A stretch of 64,000 nucleotides of DNA from Candidatus Nomurabacteria bacterium GW2011_GWE1_32_28 (lineage in GTDB: Bacteria; Patescibacteriota; Minisyncoccia; Phycocordibacterales; UBA9973): the NCBI GenBank assembly GCA_000989515.1, contig LBOM01000004.1, positions 56,149 to 120,148 of the forward strand, read 5' to 3'. A program made the position numbers and the translations under genes. This document shows, in pieces, positions 60,701 to 64,000 of the stretch. Position 1 is the first letter of the stretch; each line of letters starts with the position of its first letter. The notes beneath the pieces were generated by a model. The model ran no database searches, was not told the DNA's origin, and was given only the letters and a program-made list of their open reading frames with translations.

Positions 60701-61509
60701 TAAAGCACTGCTTTTAACTCTTTAATTATTTTTTCTGTTTCAATTTCTCCATTCTTGACTAAGTCTGTAGCGATGTTGCTTCTAAAGTAATCTCTAAAAC
60801 TTTTTATACCAATATTGGGTGTGTAGGGTTCAATCACAAAATCAGAAGATGAAGTAGAATATCGTGATAAATGATAACGTAATATATTAATACTCCTTAT
60901 TGCAGTATTACTTAAACTTTTGTTTTTATCTGTCAAGAATTCCTCGTTTTTTACATAGTTATCTAAATTAACAGATATTACTATATCTGCTCCCATTTTT
61001 CTTACAACATCATCTGGAACTGGGTTACTCAAACCTCCATCTACTAAAATTTTATTATCTATTCTTACTGGAGTAAACAATGTTGGAACAGAAATACTAG
61101 CACGCACTGCAGTAGCTAATTTTCCTTTTTTAAAAACAACAGCCTCACCCGTAACTAGATCTGTAGCAACTATAGCTAAAGGAATTTTGAGATCTTTAAA
61201 ATCAGCATCATTTAACCATCCATTCAATAATTTTTCTAATTTATCACCTTTTATTAAGCCACCACTAAAAGTTGGTTCTAAAAAAGACATAAATTTTTCC
61301 CTTTTCTTTTCTAGGGTATACTCTTCTAAATTTTTTACATCTTTAAAAAGAGAATAATAAGCACCAACCCAAGCACCGATACTAGACCCTGCAATATAAT
61401 CAATAGGTATGTTGTGTTCTAGTAATTTCTTAATCACACCAATATGTGCAAAACCACGTACACCTCCACTACCCAAAACTAATCCTACTTTTTTTCTTTG
61501 TTTTTCCAT
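60700..61509 (-). CDS. Patatin-like phospholipase
   Basis: GSGGVRG, GSSIG, DGG. Confidence 0.92.
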   Translation of the reverse strand: MEKQRKKVGLVLGSGGVRGFAHIGVIKKLLEHNIPIDYIAGSSIGAWVGAYYSLFKDVKNLEEYTLEKKREKFMSFLEPTFSGGLIKGDKLEKLLNGWLNDADFKDLKIPLAIVATDLVTGEAVVFKKGKLATAVRASISVPTLFTPVRIDNKILVDGGLSNPVPDDVVRKMGADIVISVNLDNYVKNEEFLTDKNKSLSNTAIRSINILRYHLSRYSTSSSDFVIEPYTPNIGIKSFRDYFRSNIATDLVKNGEIETEKIIKELKAVL

Positions 61510-61577
61510 ATAGATTTACTTCTTTACCTCTTTATTCACAAAAAGAGTATAACATAAATGTATACTTTTTTGTGTTT

Positions 61578-61640
61578 TGGCGGTGTTTGCTGGACAAAGT
61601 TCGAAACTATTTCGAGCAGAATCCAGAAGAACAAATCTAA
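61578..61640 (+). pseudogene. Possible C-terminal remnant of a large serine recombinase (island-edge scar)
   Basis: WRCLLDKVRNYFEQNPEEQI* resembles the W-x3-LD-x-VRT-YF tails of such recombinases (recalled pattern). Marks the start of a GC-rich patch. Confidence 0.4.
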
Positions 61641-61748
61641 TAAATGGGCTCGGCAGGGCGAAACAATATTCTCTGGGTTTCGGATTCGCGGGGTCTGGGG
61701 AGGAATCCGCACGGGTCTGAATTCATTTGGCGGGATTGGGGCGGAACA

Positions 61749-62360
61749 TTAATAAAAAATATCTCTATCTTTTGTTAAATTAAAATTTATAGAACTTTGT
61801 TCGTTGAAATTTTCTGCTGGATATATTTCAAAAAATGTCCATTGTTGTATGTTTTCTGTATAAACAGAAAACCATATTCTTTCAAAATACCAACTAAACT
61901 TTTTTATCTCTCTATATAATTCTGATATATTAAAATTTTTTTCAACAATTCTTGAAGCTATCAATAAATGACATTGAGGAAAATTTATAAGTCCTTTTTT
62001 ATCAAAAATATGTTGTGCTAGTTTTTTATAATCAATTTTAGAAGAATTATTTTCATGAAAATATAACTCCATTATCTCAACAGGAAAAGCCTCATTGTTT
62101 TTATTATCTAGAAAATAAACATCTGGAGAATCATCAGGATATAAAGTATATTCTTTACCCAACCATTTTTTAATAGATAATGCTAAAAAACTTGCATGAT
62201 ATAACTCTATTAAATTTTTGTTTTTATGCTTATTTTTAAATACTGCTTCAATATTTCCGTTTTCACTATCAACCGCATTTTGAAATAAATTTCTTACCCC
62301 GATAGGGGTATATGCTTTTGATTTTTCTTTATCAAAATTTGGTAAGTAATGATTATCCAT
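61749..62360 (-). CDS. Hypothetical protein, possible PD-(D/E)xK-like fold
   Basis: E...SPDVYF...FPVEIME spacing. Confidence 0.6.
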   Translation of the reverse strand: MDNHYLPNFDKEKSKAYTPIGVRNLFQNAVDSENGNIEAVFKNKHKNKNLIELYHASFLALSIKKWLGKEYTLYPDDSPDVYFLDNKNNEAFPVEIMELYFHENNSSKIDYKKLAQHIFDKKGLINFPQCHLLIASRIVEKNFNISELYREIKKFSWYFERIWFSVYTENIQQWTFFEIYPAENFNEQSSINFNLTKDRDIFY

Positions 62361-62563
62361 TATTTATCTATTGATGATATTAATTCTGATAACTTTACTT
62401 TGATTATTTTACCAAAGTGTTCACATCGCCTATTTGTACAATCAAAACTAACTAGATTACCTTTAGACACAGAATCTCCCTCTTTTTTTAAAAACCCATA
62501 AAATCCTATCTGATGTGTTAGATTATTACACTTTTTACAATAAAATTTATATTCTGTATTCAT
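62360..62563 (-). CDS. Small Cys-rich (zinc-binding) protein
   Basis: CKKC...CTNRRC; overlaps the next gene by 1 nt (TAATG). Confidence 0.65.
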   Translation of the reverse strand: MNTEYKFYCKKCNNLTHQIGFYGFLKKEGDSVSKGNLVSFDCTNRRCEHFGKIIKVKLSELISSIDK

Positions 62564-62578
62564 TATAAAGATAAAAAA

Positions 62579-63739
62579 TTAATTTACTTCCAAAACAAAA
62601 GTGGATACCGATTGATTAAAGATTGGTTTGATTTCAGAATATTTACTTGTTTCTGTCCCAGAAGATATAGAATACATGATATCATCTTTAGCAAGAAAAT
62701 AAGTTATATTTGTCATTTCTAAATCGTAATCTAAAACTTTATAAGTTGCTGAATACTCAACCCAATAAGCAGGTTCATTATCAATTTTTGTCTCACCATA
62801 ATCTATCATTTTTGCATCAGAAAATTTTAATTTTATTTCCTCCATTCCACTATCAATAAATTCTTTTGCAGAACCAGCATCTCTTATAGAAGAAAAGCCT
62901 TCATTCTTACCTAAATCAAATTGTTGAATAATTACACTAATAGTCCCATCTTCTGAACTAGCCTTCTGGACAATATGGATACCATCTCCAGTTTCAATAT
63001 TCCAACCTTCTGGAAATTTAATACGAAAACCATATTTTGTATTTCTATACATATTTTCTGTAATTTCTGAATATTGGGAACTCTTATCTACAGATAAAAG
63101 GCTAGGAGAATCATTAATCGTCTTTTTGCTATCTAAAAATAATCCTAATGTAATAAAAATTATCGAAAATACTATAAATAATAAAATATATTGTTTTTTT
63201 AACTTAGTAGCTAATTGTAGTTTCTCCATTTTCTTTATCTTTTTCAAAGAATTATGAACCATTCCAATTAAAGATAAGATTATAAAGAAAGAAATACCTG
63301 GATAATAATGAGAATTTTCAATAGCACCAATTATTACACCTGATATAAAATTGAAAATTAAAACAAAAATTAAATAAAAATATATTATTTTTAAATAAGT
63401 CTTTGCTCTTGTATCAACTTTGTTTTTAATATAAAAACCAAAAAGTATAAATAATATACTAATAATCAAAGCTAAAATAGTAACCAAATATCCAATTTGA
63501 TTAAAATAACTAAACTTAAAAATTAATATAAAAACTAAAACTAAAATAGGTAAAAATCCACATATTAATAAAATAAGTCCTGTATTTTTAATATCATTAA
63601 TTATTTTAATTTGATCAGAATCATTTATTTCTTCTTTTGCTATCTCTGTTGCTAAATTTTCTTCTTCAATTTTATTTCCACATTTTCCACAAAACTTTGA
63701 ATCCTTGTTTATTATATTATTACATTTTGAGCAGTTCAT
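62579..63739 (-). CDS. Zinc-ribbon, multi-TM protein with a PsbP/DcrB-like extracellular domain
   Basis: CSKC..FCGKCG, about 5 TM segments, YRNTKYGFRIKFPEGW...FNQSVSTF. Confidence 0.8.
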   Translation of the reverse strand: MNCSKCNNIINKDSKFCGKCGNKIEEENLATEIAKEEINDSDQIKIINDIKNTGLILLICGFLPILVLVFILIFKFSYFNQIGYLVTILALIISILFILFGFYIKNKVDTRAKTYLKIIYFYLIFVLIFNFISGVIIGAIENSHYYPGISFFIILSLIGMVHNSLKKIKKMEKLQLATKLKKQYILLFIVFSIIFITLGLFLDSKKTINDSPSLLSVDKSSQYSEITENMYRNTKYGFRIKFPEGWNIETGDGIHIVQKASSEDGTISVIIQQFDLGKNEGFSSIRDAGSAKEFIDSGMEEIKLKFSDAKMIDYGETKIDNEPAYWVEYSATYKVLDYDLEMTNITYFLAKDDIMYSISSGTETSKYSEIKPIFNQSVSTFVLEVN

Positions 63740-63762
63740 ATTGTTTTAAATTTTAAAAATAA

Positions 63763-63999
63763 TTATTTTTCATTAAAATAAAAATCTATTTCTTCGTAAA
63801 AATCTTTATCTACCTTATCAGAATTTTTAGCTGTAGACACTCTTCCTGGATTTTTGAATAGTTCTTCATTAGTAAAGGCATCTTCTATAACATAAGATGT
63901 TCCCAAGTTTGTATCGAAAAAAATATTAGTTATTTGATAACCCAGAATACATCTTTGTGTTGTTTTATTATATCTATAGTCCCAGAAAAGTATATAATC
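63763..63999 (-). CDS. Partial hypothetical protein (3' end)
   Basis: Open frame from the window edge: DYILFWDYRYNKTTQRCILGY...DFYEEIDFYFNEK*. Confidence 0.65.
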   Translation of the reverse strand, partial: DYILFWDYRYNKTTQRCILGYQITNIFFDTNLGTSYVIEDAFTNEELFKNPGRVSTAKNSDKVDKDFYEEIDFYFNEK

Positions 64000-64000
64000 A

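Overview
AT-rich bacterial chromosome window in standard code 11. Trimmed PheS/PheT, short RpoB and SMC, and CPR-type hypothetical families suggest Patescibacteria/Parcubacteria (inference). Most of it is housekeeping: rnpB, nrdJ, speA-like, tgt, mreBC, proS, rpsB-tsf, tRNA-Thr, rpoD-dnaG-rpoC-rpoB, trmD-khpA-rpsP, rnr, smc-rnc-nusB-rpmF, thrS, gyrB, pheST, truB. Notable items: (1) A decayed diversity-generating retroelement (DGR) at 42.2-44.0 kb. One deletion appears to have removed the 5' ends of divergent avd and RT genes. The target gene is intact, and the template-position repeat has its own promoter but is itself adenine-depleted like a variable repeat. (2) A structured sRNA with its own promoter and terminator, convergent on a putative BECR/RelE-like RNase gene (candidate RNA-antitoxin module, 17.76-18.36 kb). 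(3) A giant (>2600 aa) modular surface protein frameshifted at a (TA)5 tract. (4) An integrase-free restriction-modification island flanked by a 45-bp duplication of the pheT 3' end. (5) A compact T-box leader on thrS. (6) Palindromic and heptamer repeats inserted in frame in housekeeping genes. (7) Pervasive leaderless promoter architecture. Family assignments come from motif recognition by eye, not database searches.
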